A DNA stretch of 64,000 nt from the NCBI RefSeq assembly GCF_009914755.1, contig NC_060925.1; one strand, given 5' to 3'. Below, one piece after another: positions 1-17,810 of this stretch (position 1 is its first letter; each line of letters opens with the position of its first letter). The position numbers and the translations under genes were made by a program. Origin of the DNA: the human T2T-CHM13v2.0 reference genome, Homo sapiens. A model generated the notes under the pieces. The model did not search any database and had not been told where the DNA came from. It saw only the letters and a list, made by a program, of their open reading frames with translations.

Positions 1-264
1 AGTTCCTTTTTACTTTCACTCTTGCAAATTAATTTTAACCATTAATTCACAAGTAAGAATTATCTTACAAGCAATACACATGCACCCAACTTAGAAATGT
101 TGTGTACAAAGTGACTATTAAATGGACAGAACCAGGAAAAGGTATTTTGAGGACAATGGGGAAAATTCAATGCAACCAAACTGATCCTCTATAATAGAAG
201 GGAATAGTTGTGTTACATAAAACTATTCCTAAATGTTGTAGAGAAAAGAATACCAAATTAAAAC

Positions 265-432
265 TCAAGAGAGCTGGATTCAAGTCTCAAACGACACCTG
301 CGCCCTAATTATGACAAAACCTTTTACTTAATTCCTAAACTGTCCCTCAGAGTTAAGATCAAATAAAATGAGTCTGAAAAGTGTTCTGAAAAATGTAAAA
401 TGCTACACAAATAAAATCTTACCATCATTATA
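265..432 (+). mobile_element. MIR-family SINE remnant (approximate)
   Basis: gagttaagatcaaataaaatga...gtaaaatgctacacaaat resembles the MIR 3' part. Confidence 0.5.
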
Positions 433-524
433 GTTACATGTGCTAGACTGGAAAAGAACTTTCAAAATCTGTATTTCAGACATATTCAATGCATTACACT
501 AAATTTATGATAAAGAGCCTTTAC

Positions 525-608
525 CCGTTCTACAGATCGTGCCCTCTTCTTTGGCCGAGTAGGCAGCGCATCTTCCTTCGGATTGGTGTCTATTGCCCAG
601 TAGGACCC
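525..608 (-). CDS. FOXJ3: FOXJ3 coding exon (84 bp): [28 protein letters not shown], end of the forkhead domain plus a basic NLS-like motif
   Basis: Acceptor ctctag|GGG and donor CGG|gtaaag. Continues GK-GSYW of the forkhead wing. Phase 0-0. Confidence 0.97.
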
Positions 609-1599
609 CTAGAGGTAAAGAAATTATATTAACAGTATATTACAGCAAACCTATGATATTAAAATGGATTTTTATAATCCTTTGCATCAAAAGCAAACAT
701 TCTGCAAATACAATGGAAAAATAGCACAAGAAACACTTGTTTTGAACTGAGAAAAAGATTATATAAGAAAATATATCCACTTATAATTACATTATTAAAA
801 GAAAACTTTCATAAACTGAAGAATCCAAATCCAAGAACTTCTGCCACACCAAAATTTAGAAAGAAAATGATCAACAAAACACATTTTTTATAGTAATTCT
901 CAATTGAACAGATGATAATTATATGACAATAAAAGAATTTAATGTATAAAGATACTGTAGTTTCTATAGCCCAGGACCTCACAAATCTACATGGTTAGTG
1001 AAACATTTTTAAAGACAAACTGCTTGAACACATTTTATATAGTAAGTGTTCCTGAGAAGCAATGATACGTACATAAACTTTTTACTGCTTACTCTGTCGT
1101 GACTTAACTATTCTCTCTTACTTTTTGAGACAAGTTATCACAGCATTCATTTGAAAATATGTATGGAGCACCTACTGTGTTCCAGGTACTCAGAAACTGT
1201 GACTCTCCAAAAAAAAAAAAAAAAACTTTGGAAAAGCATAGATCCATAGATAATATAAGTTTGCAAATATTATACAAACAAGAAGAGCAAAACACAGAAA
1301 GATAAAGTGGCTTTCCCATTCAAAGTTGTGAGAACCAGGAACAAAAACAAACAGAAACAAAGTCTGGATTTTTAGCTCTTTTTCCCTCAATTATCCTGCC
1401 TCTATACACACACACATGGGGGAGGAAAGCATGAAAGAGGGGAGTTCAAGAAAGGGAAAGAGGGAAGGGAGGAAGATATGCATTTCAGAAACAGAAACAC
1501 AATGTATATCCTAGTTTTACAATTAATCCCAGTGATCATATCCAAATTTAGTCTTCACCTCTACTATCTCATTAATCTTCCTAGGCCGTTTTTTAAGGC

Positions 1600-2053
1600 A
1601 ACGCTTAACAATGAGGGGAAATACAACCCTCACCTATCAATCCTCACACTTTATGCCCAACACGAATCATCTCCTTATACTTTCTTGAACATACCATGTT
1701 GTTTATCTGTTCCTGTCCTACACGCTGACCTCACTACTTGTAATACCTACCATACCAATGACAAACTCATATTCCACCTTCAAATTTTACCTCGGATTAT
1801 CCAAAGGAATCCTTTTCTGACCGTCCTGCCATACCCAAGAATTCATCACTCTCTCCCTCTGCAAGATCTCTACACTTTTTACACATTTAGACCATTGTTT
1901 GCAAATTAACATTCAATTCTGTTTACAGGTCTGTATCCCCTTCTAGGCTATAAATTCCTTATGGATAGGGACTATTTTACTCGTTTCTATATCCACAGTG
2001 CCAGTCACAATGTCAGACACAAAGCAAGTACTCAATTAACATCTGTCGAAATG
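1600..2053 (+). mobile_element. L2 LINE 3' remnant (approximate)
   Basis: ctataaattcctt...gggac...cacagtgccagtcacaatgtcagacaca...actcaattaacatctgtcgaaatga is a typical L2 tail. Confidence 0.6.
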
Positions 2054-2999
2054 AGAAGGGAAAAAAAGCTGTTTAACAAACTGCACCAAGAATATCAGTG
2101 TACAGGGTACTACTATGTACATGTCAGTGTACACTGTTGGGGTACAAGGTAGGTGTGTACGTCTCAGATCCTGGTCTATGTAGGTACCTGAGCTTAATGT
2201 TCATTTCATCGCCCAGCTACTGCTGGGGTATTTCTATGTTATCTTTTCAAAACGGTCACTACATTTCAGCTAAGGAGTCTACCAGATGTGGTAAGAACCT
2301 GCTAGGTAGGAACTACAAACTTGCCAAGAACCCTATAAAATGCAGATGCTACAAAAAGCACTAAAAATGGGAAAACAATGATTTTGGGAATAGGTTTGGC
2401 TAGCAAGTTTCAGAATAAATGCAAGGGGGAAAAATTTTATACTGAGTTCTTATAAAAATTAAAAATAAAGTAGCAGAGAAAATACCAAAACTCATTGGAC
2501 AATAGTTTAAAAACCACTTTTCATAGAAATGACAAATTCCAGCATTTAGTTTTGTTTTGGATGGGTGTGTATATGTGTATTAATCTGGGGAAACCATTCA
2601 ATGTCCAAACTTGACCCTGATTTGTTAGTAAACCTTTCAATAAAATTACAAAAACAAATAGATAACCCTTCTTCCACACAAAATACGAATGGTTGTGGCT
2701 TGTCACAAATAAATCAACAAAAGGGAAAAAATTTGCCCATAGCCTACCTATCCACTAGGTATTCATAAAATCCTGAACGCCTAAATGCAAATTCTAATAA
2801 TTAAAAAGATTCACAAAACTAATTGTGAAATCTTCCACCAAACAGTTCAGGCTAACACAGTATTTGAGTTTGATCTCTGAAATCACAGGTTTGAATAAAG
2901 AGACCTTAAAATTCCTCTTCACATATCAAAACCATAGTAAGATAACACTTTATACCCACTAGCATGTCTATGATCAAAAAAAACAGAAAATAGCAAGTA

Positions 3000-3351
3000 C
3001 AGGCTAAGTATCCCTTATCCAAAATGCTTGAAATCAGAAGTCTTTTGGATACCAGATTTTTTCAGATTTTGGAATACCTGCATATACCTAATGAGAGATC
3101 CTGTGGATGGGACCCAAGTCTAAAGCTCAAAATTAATTTATGTTTCATATAAATGTTTATACACATAGTTTGAAGGTAATTTTTTGTAATAATTTTAATA
3201 ATTTTCTGCATGAAAACAAAACGTTGACTGTAATCCATCATATGAGGTCAGGCATGGAATTTTCCACTAGTGGCATCATGTTGGCGCTCAACAAGTTTTG
3301 GATTTTATAGCATTTGTATTTCAAATTTTCAGATTAAGGATGCTCAACCTG
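3000..3351 (+). mobile_element. Tigger4/MER46-type TcMar DNA transposon (non-autonomous)
   Basis: Terminal inverted repeats caggctaagtatccctta...taaggatgctcaacctg flanked by a TA duplication. The host L1 resumes directly after it. Confidence 0.85.
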
Positions 3352-3676
3352 TATTGGCAAGCACATAGAGAAACTGAAACTCTTATGCACTACTGATAGA
3401 AATGTGTGACGGTGTAACCACTGTAGAAAAATATGGCAATTCCTAAAAAAATTAAACAGAATTACCAAATCATCCAGCAATTCCACTTTTGGATATATAT
3501 CCAAAAGATACGAAAGCAGGAACTCAAGTATTTTAACACCCATGTTCATAGTAATATTACTCACAACAGCCAAAAGGTAAAGCAGTCCAAGTGTGCACTG
3601 AAGGATAAATGGATAAACAAATATGCCACATACATACAATGGAGTATTACTCAGCCTTAAAAAGGAGGGATATTCT

Positions 3677-4024
<348 letters not shown>

Positions 4025-4320
4025 TCACAGAAGGACAAATATTGTATGATTCCACTTATAAGTACTAAAATTCTTAGAGACAAAGAGTAAAATGATGGTT
4101 GGTAGGGGATAAGGGGAAGGGAATGTAGGTACTTATTGTTTAATGAGTGAAGAATTTAAGTGTGGGAAGATGAAAACGTTCTCGAGATGGATGGTAATGA
4201 TAACTGCACAAGAATGTGAATGAACTTAATATTACTGAACTGTACACCTAAAATGATTCAAATGGTAAGAATTATGTTATGTATATTTTACCACCAAAAA
4301 GTACCTCTCAGCCGTTTCTA

Positions 4321-4445
4321 TTTTTATTTTTTTTAAATACAGTGGCACGACCATGGCGTAATGCAGCCTTGACCTCCAAAGCTGAAGTGATCCCGAGCCC
4401 CACAAGTAGCTGAGACCACAGGTCCACACCCCACCCCCACGCCTG
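4321..4445 (-). mobile_element. AluJ right arm; its left arm lies at 8497-8632, split by L1 and AluS insertions
   Basis: cagtggcacgaccatggc...gcagccttgacctcc...agtagctgagaccacagg. Confidence 0.75.
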
Positions 4446-8496
<4,051 letters not shown>

Positions 8497-8632
8497 AGTT
8501 TTCTGATTTTTTGTAGAAATGGGGTCTCATCATGTTGCCCAGGTTGGTCTCAAACTCTTGGGCTCAAATGATCCTCCTGCCTTGGGCATCCCAAAATGCT
8601 GGGGTTACAGGTGTGAGCTACCACACCCGGCC
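8497..8632 (-). mobile_element. AluJ left arm (partner of 4321-4445)
   Basis: gtagaaatggggtctcatcatgttgcccagg...ttgggctcaaatgatcctcc, J-type diagnostics. Confidence 0.85.
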
Positions 8633-8814
8633 ATCTAAGAAGCAGTTACCTTTGCTCTTCCTTGTTAGACAATATAGAAATCTCACAAAAACTGAACTGC
8701 CATTTTAGACAGTCAATCAACGAACACAGGATCAGTCCAATTTCCTCCCAGAGTAGGATCTACACCACTAGACTCATGTGGAGCAAGTAGGAAACAGGAG
8801 GTTTTTGTTTAAGT

Positions 8815-9138
8815 GGTTTTGGTTTTGTTTTTTGGCAAGGAAAGGGTGTTGAGGCAAGGTCTTGCTTTGGTGCCAACACTGGAACACAGTGGCACACAAT
8901 CATAGATCAATGCAACCTCAAACTCCTGGGCTTAATCAATACTCCTTCCTCAGCCTCCTGAATAGGTAGGACTATAAGTGCCTGTCACCAGGCACAGCTA
9001 ATATTTTCCTTTATCTTTTTGTAGAGACAGGGTCTTGCTACGTTGCCCAAGCTCATCTTGAACTTCCGGCCTCTAAGTATCTTCCCACCTAGGCATCCCA
9101 AGCACTAGGATTACAGGCATGAGCCATCACACTCAATC
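8815..9138 (-). mobile_element. Diverged AluJ
   Basis: Dimeric Alu with J-type gggtcttgctacgttgccc. Confidence 0.85.
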
Positions 9139-9737
9139 TAGTTTTATTTTTAAAATCAACTTTGCCGAAGTATATTTAAATAAAAATAAAATGCACGCAT
9201 TTTAAGTGTGCAATTTAAGAAATTTTGACAACTGTATACCTTCATGTAACTAACACTAAAAATACAGAACACTAAAAATCTCCTTTGCGTGACTCAGGAA
9301 GCAATTCCCTTTCCTTCGCCTTCTCTCATCCCATACAACCACTGATTCCTATCATTGTGCATTTTCTAGCATTTCATACAAGTGAACTCAAACTGTGAAA
9401 CTATTTTCCACTCTCGACAGCAGTGTATGACAATACAGCTTTTCCGTCCTTGCCAACACTTGGTATTTTAAGCCTTTTCAATTATACCCTCTCTACTGAT
9501 GTGTGGTTGTGCCTCAGTGATTTGCAAGTGCATTTCTCTAACAAAGATGCTGTACATCTTTGCATGTACTTATTTGCCACCCATATATTATCCTTTGTAA
9601 AGTGTCTATTGATATCTTTTGCCCATGTTTTATTCGGATTATAAGAATATAGGCTATTTCTGTTATTAGACTTTTTAGTATTCCAAATATCTTTTGCCCA
9701 TGTTTTATTTGGATTATAAGAATATAGGCTATTTCTG

Positions 9738-10173
<436 letters not shown>

Positions 10174-10549
10174 TCATTTCTATGTGAATATGTACTGTAT
10201 TTTCTCACAATCTGTGGTTATCTGTTTTCATAATGGAACCTTGTAAGGAGCAAAAAGCTTTTCATTCAATAAAGTCCAATTTATCAAATTTTCATTTTAC
10301 GATATGTGCTTTATATCTTTTTTTTTAAATTTGCCTACTCCAAGATAGCAAATATATTCTCCATTGTTTTCTTCCGGAAGTTTTATAGTCTTAACTTCCA
10401 TGTTTAGGTCTCTGGTACACATAGGGTTAATTTTCTGTATAAGTGTGTGATAAGGAGCAATATTAATTTTTTGTTCACTCAGATATACAGCATCATTTAA
10501 AATATTGTAACATTTCCCTACTGAATTACATTGGTACCTCTATCAAAAT

Positions 10550-10582
<33 letters not shown>

Positions 10583-10602
10583 GACACACACACATATATA
10601 TA
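10550..10602. repeat. (CA)n(TA)n compound microsatellite
   Basis: Direct reading. Confidence 0.9.
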
Positions 10603-10667
10603 TGACAGTCTATTTCTAAACTCTATTCTATTGATCTACATGTCTATCCTTATGCCAATACCATTTT

Positions 10668-10965
10668 TTATTTTTTTACTTTTTGAGACGGGAGTCTCAC
10701 TCTGTCACCCAGGCTGGAGTGGAGTGCTGTGATCTCACTCACTGCAACCTCCACCTCCCAGATTCAAGCAATTCTCCCACCTCAGCCTCCCAAGTAGCTG
10801 GGAATATAGGTGTGCACCACCATGCCTGGTTAATTTTTCTATATTTTTAGTAGAGATGGGATTTCACCACATTGGCCAGGCTGCTCTCAAACTCCTGACC
10901 TCAAGTGATCCGCCCACCTCAGTCTCCAAAGTGCTGTGATTATGGCATGGCCACCATGCCCAGCC
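10668..10965 (-). mobile_element. AluS
   Basis: TSD gccaataccatttt at 10654-10667 and 10966-10979. Confidence 0.92.
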
Positions 10966-11193
10966 GCCAATACCATTTTATCTTAATTATTGTTAACTGT
11001 ATAAAAATCAGAAATCAGGCAGTATATATCCTACAACTTTGGTTCCCCACCACCACGGCAAGCTGACCTGCGGGCTGGCAGTGGTTTGCCCAACTTCAGT
11101 TTTTTCCAACATTATTTTGCCTATTTTAGGCCCTTTGCATTTCCACATAAATAAGAGGACCAGCACGCCAATTTCTAAAAATGAAACCTATGA

Positions 11194-11510
<317 letters not shown>

Positions 11511-14500
11511 TAAATCTACCTGGGGAGGACTGGTATCTAACATTGAGTCTTCCACTCCACAAACATACTATACATGTCTCCATTCATGTAGATCTGCCCT
11601 TATTTCTCTTGGTAATGTTTTGCAGTTTTCAGTGAACAGGTCAACATGTATTTTGTTAAAATGTATCCCTAAAGTATTTCATTATTTTGCTTTTGTTAAC
11701 TTCATTTTCCAAGCATTCCTTCCTAGTACAGAAAAAAATATATATTGATCTTGTATCCTGTAACCTTGCTAAACTCACATATTATTTCTAGTAGTTTTTC
11801 CCATAGATTCCTTAGGATCTAATGTTTGCAAATAAAGACAAGCTTACATTATTCTTTTTCAATCTGGATGCCTTTTATTTCTTTTTCTTGCCTTACTCCA
11901 TTGGCTAGGACCTCTAACAGGATTTTGAATAAAAGTGGTTGAATGTAAACATCCTTGCTTTGTTCTCAATCTCAGAGTATAATATAAACTGTAGATTTTT
12001 CATAAATGCTTCTCATCAAGTTAAGGAAATTCTCTTTTTATTGGTGGTTTGCTGGATGAGTGTTAACCTTGGTCAAATATTTTTTCTATACCTGACATGG
12101 TATGATTTTTTTTAGCTATCTTCTACTCACTTGATGAGTTACTTAAATCTCCCTGGTTTTAAAGGTATATGTACCAAAATGGACAACATCTTTTGAATGT
12201 AACTAACTACTCATCAATTGTCACACATAAAACTAAAACAAAAGTACCTATCTTGTAAACACTGATTCCAGATTTCAAATACAACTCTAATAGATTCTAG
12301 AGTATTATTACTCTGGCTTTTGTATTTACATTTTCAAAATGCCAGACTTATGAAGTATTTGATGGCCTATAATTTTGTTGAAGGATAGTCATCTCTGCTC
12401 CACAATCGCAAAAAATATTCTCCTGTTTAGATTTATAAATTCCAAGTAGAATGATGAATCCAACCAACTATTTCATTTTTTTATCATCTATTCCCTTGCA
12501 AGCTAAATGAAAACACAAATCTTTTGGGGTTAGCCAAATTACCTTTCCCAGGCATAACTCTCTTTAGTAATTATTCTCCACAATAATTATATAAAAGTTG
12601 TAGTAGATGATTTTAAAGGTCCTTTTCTGCCCTTAAGATTTAGGATTTGCCAAATATTTGTGTGTTTGCTCTTTCACAGAAATTGTAGGAGGTAAGAAAG
12701 AAGAATATCTTAAGATTAACACAAAACAATATAAGGTCAGATATTGGAGGAGGGAATACTTTGATATATATTTTGCTTAACACTCAATATACTATTTGGG
12801 TCCACTGAACTAAATTTAGTTTTTTGTTTGTTTTTATAGAGGTAGGGTCTTGCTCATCAGCTTTTTAAAGACATCATGTGTTCACAGATGGAAGATTTAA
12901 TGTTAAGATGGCGACACTCCCCAAATCAATGTATAGATTCAATGTAAGTCCTATCAAAATCCCAGCTGGCTTTTTTGCAGATATTGACAAGATAATCCTA
13001 AAATATATATTGTAATGTCAAGGAACCCAGAATAGCCAAAATAATCTTGAAAAAGAAGAACTTGGAGGATTCACATTCTCAGACTTCAAAACTTATTATA
13101 AAGTTGTAGTAATCAGAACAGTGTGATGCTGGCATAGGAGCAGACATACAGATCAATGGAACTGATCCGACAGTCTAGAAGTAAATCCATGTATTATATA
13201 TTTATGGTCAAATTGTTTTCCACAGACTACCAAGACAATTCAACAGGGAAATTATCTTTTCAACAACTGGTGCCAGGAAAATGGTCCACATGCAAAAGAA
13301 TGAAACTGGGTCTCCTAACTCACACCACACGTAAAAAGTAATCAAAATGGATCAAAGATCTAAATGGAAGGGATAAAACTGTGAAACTTTTAGAAAAGAT
13401 AAATGTAAATCTTTGTAACCTTGGATTAGGAAATCTTTTCTTAGCTATGACATCAAAAGTGCAAGCAACCCAAAGAAAATTGAAGAATTTATCAAAATTG
13501 CAAACTTGTTTTGTCAACAGACACTATTAAGAAAGTGAAAACAGATCTGGTACTTGGCACCTGCACTTAGAAAAACCAAATAGCAAGCAGATAATCACAT
13601 TTCAAACATAGCATCTAAGACAGAACACTAGAATTTAACAAAGAAGTAACAGGAAACACCTGAGGCAGGGAAGGAGGCGAGGGAAGCAGGCTGCCAGCTC
13701 AGCTGGAATCTTGGAGAGGCTGCCCACTGTGGGAAAAGGATAAGTGAGTGATTCCCAGAGGTCCACATTCTCATTATGAACATTTGCAACCCTAACCACA
13801 GAAGAATCCCTACGAGGGCCCTGAGACTAGCATAGGGAGCTTCCTGACAGCTCCACCAGGGTCTGAAGCACACACTCTCTGAAGCCTAAGAACTGCCTGC
13901 AGCTGCAGCCACTGACAACTCTGCCACCCCTAGCAGCATAGCCACAGCATACTTGTACACGCCTTGAGGACAGACTTCCCCAGCCCACCCCAAACACCGC
14001 TCCAGCTACCTGAGCACACTGCCAAAGTGCCTGGGGATCACCCCCACTTTGCCCACCAAAGCTAGTGCCCAAGTACACCTAAGGACAAGCCACTCTGGCT
14101 GGAAACTTCCCCTCCAAGTGCCAAAGCACACTGCCTAGGGGACCAGGGATTGCCCCACCCACCATGGCTGGCATCTGTACATACTTCCTGGGGCCCTGAG
14201 GACAAACCCACCCAGCTTGCCACTACCACAACCACCAGCCACCTATGAGTGATACATGAGGTCTGGGGAATGGCCCTCCCACACATCACAGCCACTGATA
14301 ACATCAATGCATACCACTTCGGATCCCAAGGGTTGTCCCACCACCATTACTGCCATCACCCATGCTGTCCAGGGGAATGAGGACACACCACCTGTACAGC
14401 CCACTGCTGCCACTGTCGGCAACCAGCCAAGCTGCCTTGAGGCCGAATGGCCCAATTGGACCCACTAACACCACCGTCACACTACCCAGGGTCTCAAGGA

Positions 14501-16952
14501 CAGTAACATCCAACCCACCACTACCACCACCAGGGCCCAAGAACTGGCCTACTGAGCATCCACATCCTTAGCACAGCCTCGCCACAGCCTCCGCTAATGA
14601 CTATAGCCCAAGTCACTGAGAAAAACACAAAAATCACTGATGCCATTTACAACTGAAGAAATCATATGGAGACTACACTGCTACATACACCCAGAATCAA
14701 AGTTAAAGTGTTCTATGTGACAGACGTCTCATAGATACATCTTCAGGAAAAAGTCTTACCCTAGGAAATTCAATCTAAAAATGGAAGAAGTAACTGCTAC
14801 ATTAGATGCACAGACAACATAAAAACACAAGAAATGTGAAAAAAAAAATACAACACCTCCAAAGAACACAGTAATTCTCCAACAATAGATTCCAATGAAA
14901 ACGAAACTTATTAAATACCAGAAAAGAAATTTGAAATAATAATATTAAAGAAGCTCAGTGAGATACAAGAGAACACAAATAAACAGTACAAAGAAACCAG
15001 AAAAACAACTGAGGATACAAATGAGAAATTCACCAGGGACAGATATCATTAAAAAGAACCAAAAACAGATCCTGGAATGAAATAATTCAATCAATGAAAT
15101 TCTAAAAATTCATTTGAGAGCTTCGACAATAGACTAGATCAAGCAGAAAGAAGAATCTCAGAACTTGATGAGAGATCTTTAGAAATAACTCAATAAGACC
15201 AAAAAAAAAAAAAAGAATGAAAGAGGGCTCTCCTGCCACCACTACTGCCATCATTCATGCCACACATGCTGCCCAGGTGACCAAGGACACGGCAATCTAC
15301 CCGGCCCACTGCTGCATATGTGACATATGGGACACCATAAAGGGACCAAAGTAGACAAATTCTGGGTGTTCCAGAAACTGAAGATGAAAGGCATAGGAAG
15401 TTTATTTAACAAAGTAACAGCAGAAAACTTACCAATCTATTATAGCAAGAGATTTAGACATCCAGATACAGGAAGCTCAGAGATCCCCCAATAGATATAA
15501 TCCAAAAAGGTTTTCTTTGTGATACATTATACTCAAACTGGCAAAAGTCAAACACAAAGTTCTAAAAAAGCAAGAAAAAAACTAGTCTATTATTATAAGA
15601 CAACCTTCATCAGACTAACAGTGGATTTCTCAGCAGAAACCTTACAGACCAGGAGAGAATGGGATGATATATTCAAGTGCTGGAAGAACACAGCATGTAG
15701 GTAAAAAATACTGTTCCCAGGAAAGTTACCCTGAAGCAAAATAAAGTCTTTCCCAGAAATACAAAAACTGAAGGAATTCATGACCATTAGACAAACCCTA
15801 CAAAGAAAGGGCTTACGGGAGTCCTACATCCATGAGCAAAAGGATGGTATTTACCATCAAGAAAACACGGAGAAGTAAAAACTCACTGGTAGAACGAACA
15901 TACAAATGAAGAAGAGAAAAAACTCAAATGTTACCACTACAGAAAACCACCAAATTGCAATAATAAGCAACAAGAAAGAAAGGAAAGCAAGATATAAAAC
16001 AACCAGAAAATAATTAACAGAATGACAGAAATAAATCCTCACATATCCATAACAACCTTGAATGTAAACAGATTAAATTTTCCACTTAAAAGGTACAGAC
16101 TACCTGAATGGATTTAAACAAAAAACAAAAACCATGACCCAACTATATGCTGCCTACAAGAAACTTGCTTCACCTGTAAGGAAACGTAGACTGAAAGTAA
16201 AGGAATGGAGAAAGATATTCCACACAAACAGTAACCAAGATAAGTAGAGACAGTTGCATTAGATTAAAACAGACTTTAAGTCAAAAACAACAAAAAGAGA
16301 CAAAGACAGTCATCATATAATAATAAAGGGATCAATTCACCAAGAAGATACAAAAACTCTAAATATATATGCATCCAACACTGGAGCAACCAGATACGTA
16401 TAACAAGTATCAAACAAAGAAACACTGGATTTAAACTGCACTTAGAACAAAAGGACCTAAAAAACGTCTACCGAATATTTTATCCAACAGCTGCAGAATA
16501 CCCGTTGTTCCCATCAGTACATGGAATATTCCCCAGGATAGACCATTTGTGAGGTCCCAAAAAAGTCTCAAAAAAATTTTAAAATCAAAATTATGCCAAG
16601 TATAGTCTCAGACAACATGGACTAAAACTAGAAAGCAACAACAAGAGGAACTTTGGAAACTCTACAAATACATGGAAAGTAAACAAGATGCTCCTGAATG
16701 ACTATTGGCTCAATAAAGAAATTAAGAAGGAAATAAAAAACTTTCTTGAAATAAATGAAAATGAAAACACAACATACCAAAACCTATGGAGTATAGCAAA
16801 AGCAAAAGTAGAGCTAAAGGAAAGTTTATAACAATAAATGCCTACATCAAAAAAAGCAGACAGATTTCAAATAAACATCTAACAATGCACTTCAAGAACC
16901 TGAAAAACAAGAACAAACCAAACACAAAATTAATAGAAGAAAAGAAATAATG

Positions 16953-17160
16953 CAGCCTGGGAAATGGGCTGATCTCATCTCTAAAAGAATATTTAAAAAT
17001 TAGCCTGGCATGGTGACATCTGCCTATAGTCCCAGCTACTCAAGAGACTGAGGTGACAGGTATCCTGTTAGTCCTGGAGTTCATGGCTGCAATGAGCTAG
17101 GATCGTGTCACTTCCCTCCAGACTGGGCAATACAGCAAGACCTTGAATCTAAAAAAATTA
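16953..17160 (+). mobile_element. 5'-truncated AluJ inside L1
   Basis: aaaattagcctggcatggtg...gctgcaatgagctaggatcgtg. Confidence 0.8.
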
Positions 17161-17527
17161 AGAAAACAGAATAAAGGTCAGAGCAAAACTAAACAAAAGA
17201 GGTTTAAAAAATACAAACTGTCAACTAAAAGTTGGTTTTTTGAAAACATTAAGAAAAATCAATACACTGACAGCCACACTAATCAAGAAAAAAGAGAGAA
17301 GACCCAAATAAAATCAGAAACAAAAAAAGAAGATGTAACAACTGACATCACAGAAATACAGATCATCAGACTATTATGAACAACTAGATGCTACCAAACT
17401 GTAAAACTGAGAGGAAATGAATAAATTCATGGACACATACAAGCTACTAATACTGAATCAAGAAGAAACAGAAAATCTGAACAAACCAGTAACAAGCAAT
17501 AAGATTGAATCAGTAATTAAAAGTCTT

Positions 17528-17810
<283 letters not shown>

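Noticed and set aside
1478-1909. 143-aa + strand ORF
   Set aside because: Overlaps a decayed L2 and has no recognisable domain.
9612-9737. Direct repeats as a CRISPR-like array
   Set aside because: Eukaryotic intron with a simple two-copy duplication and no spacers.
11053-11070. Resemblance of cacggcaagctgacc to GFP vector sequence
   Set aside because: The match is too short and the flanks are unrelated; no support for contamination.
13900-14600. GC-rich block as a CpG island or gene promoter
   Set aside because: CpG-depleted; explained by the L1MA 5'UTR.
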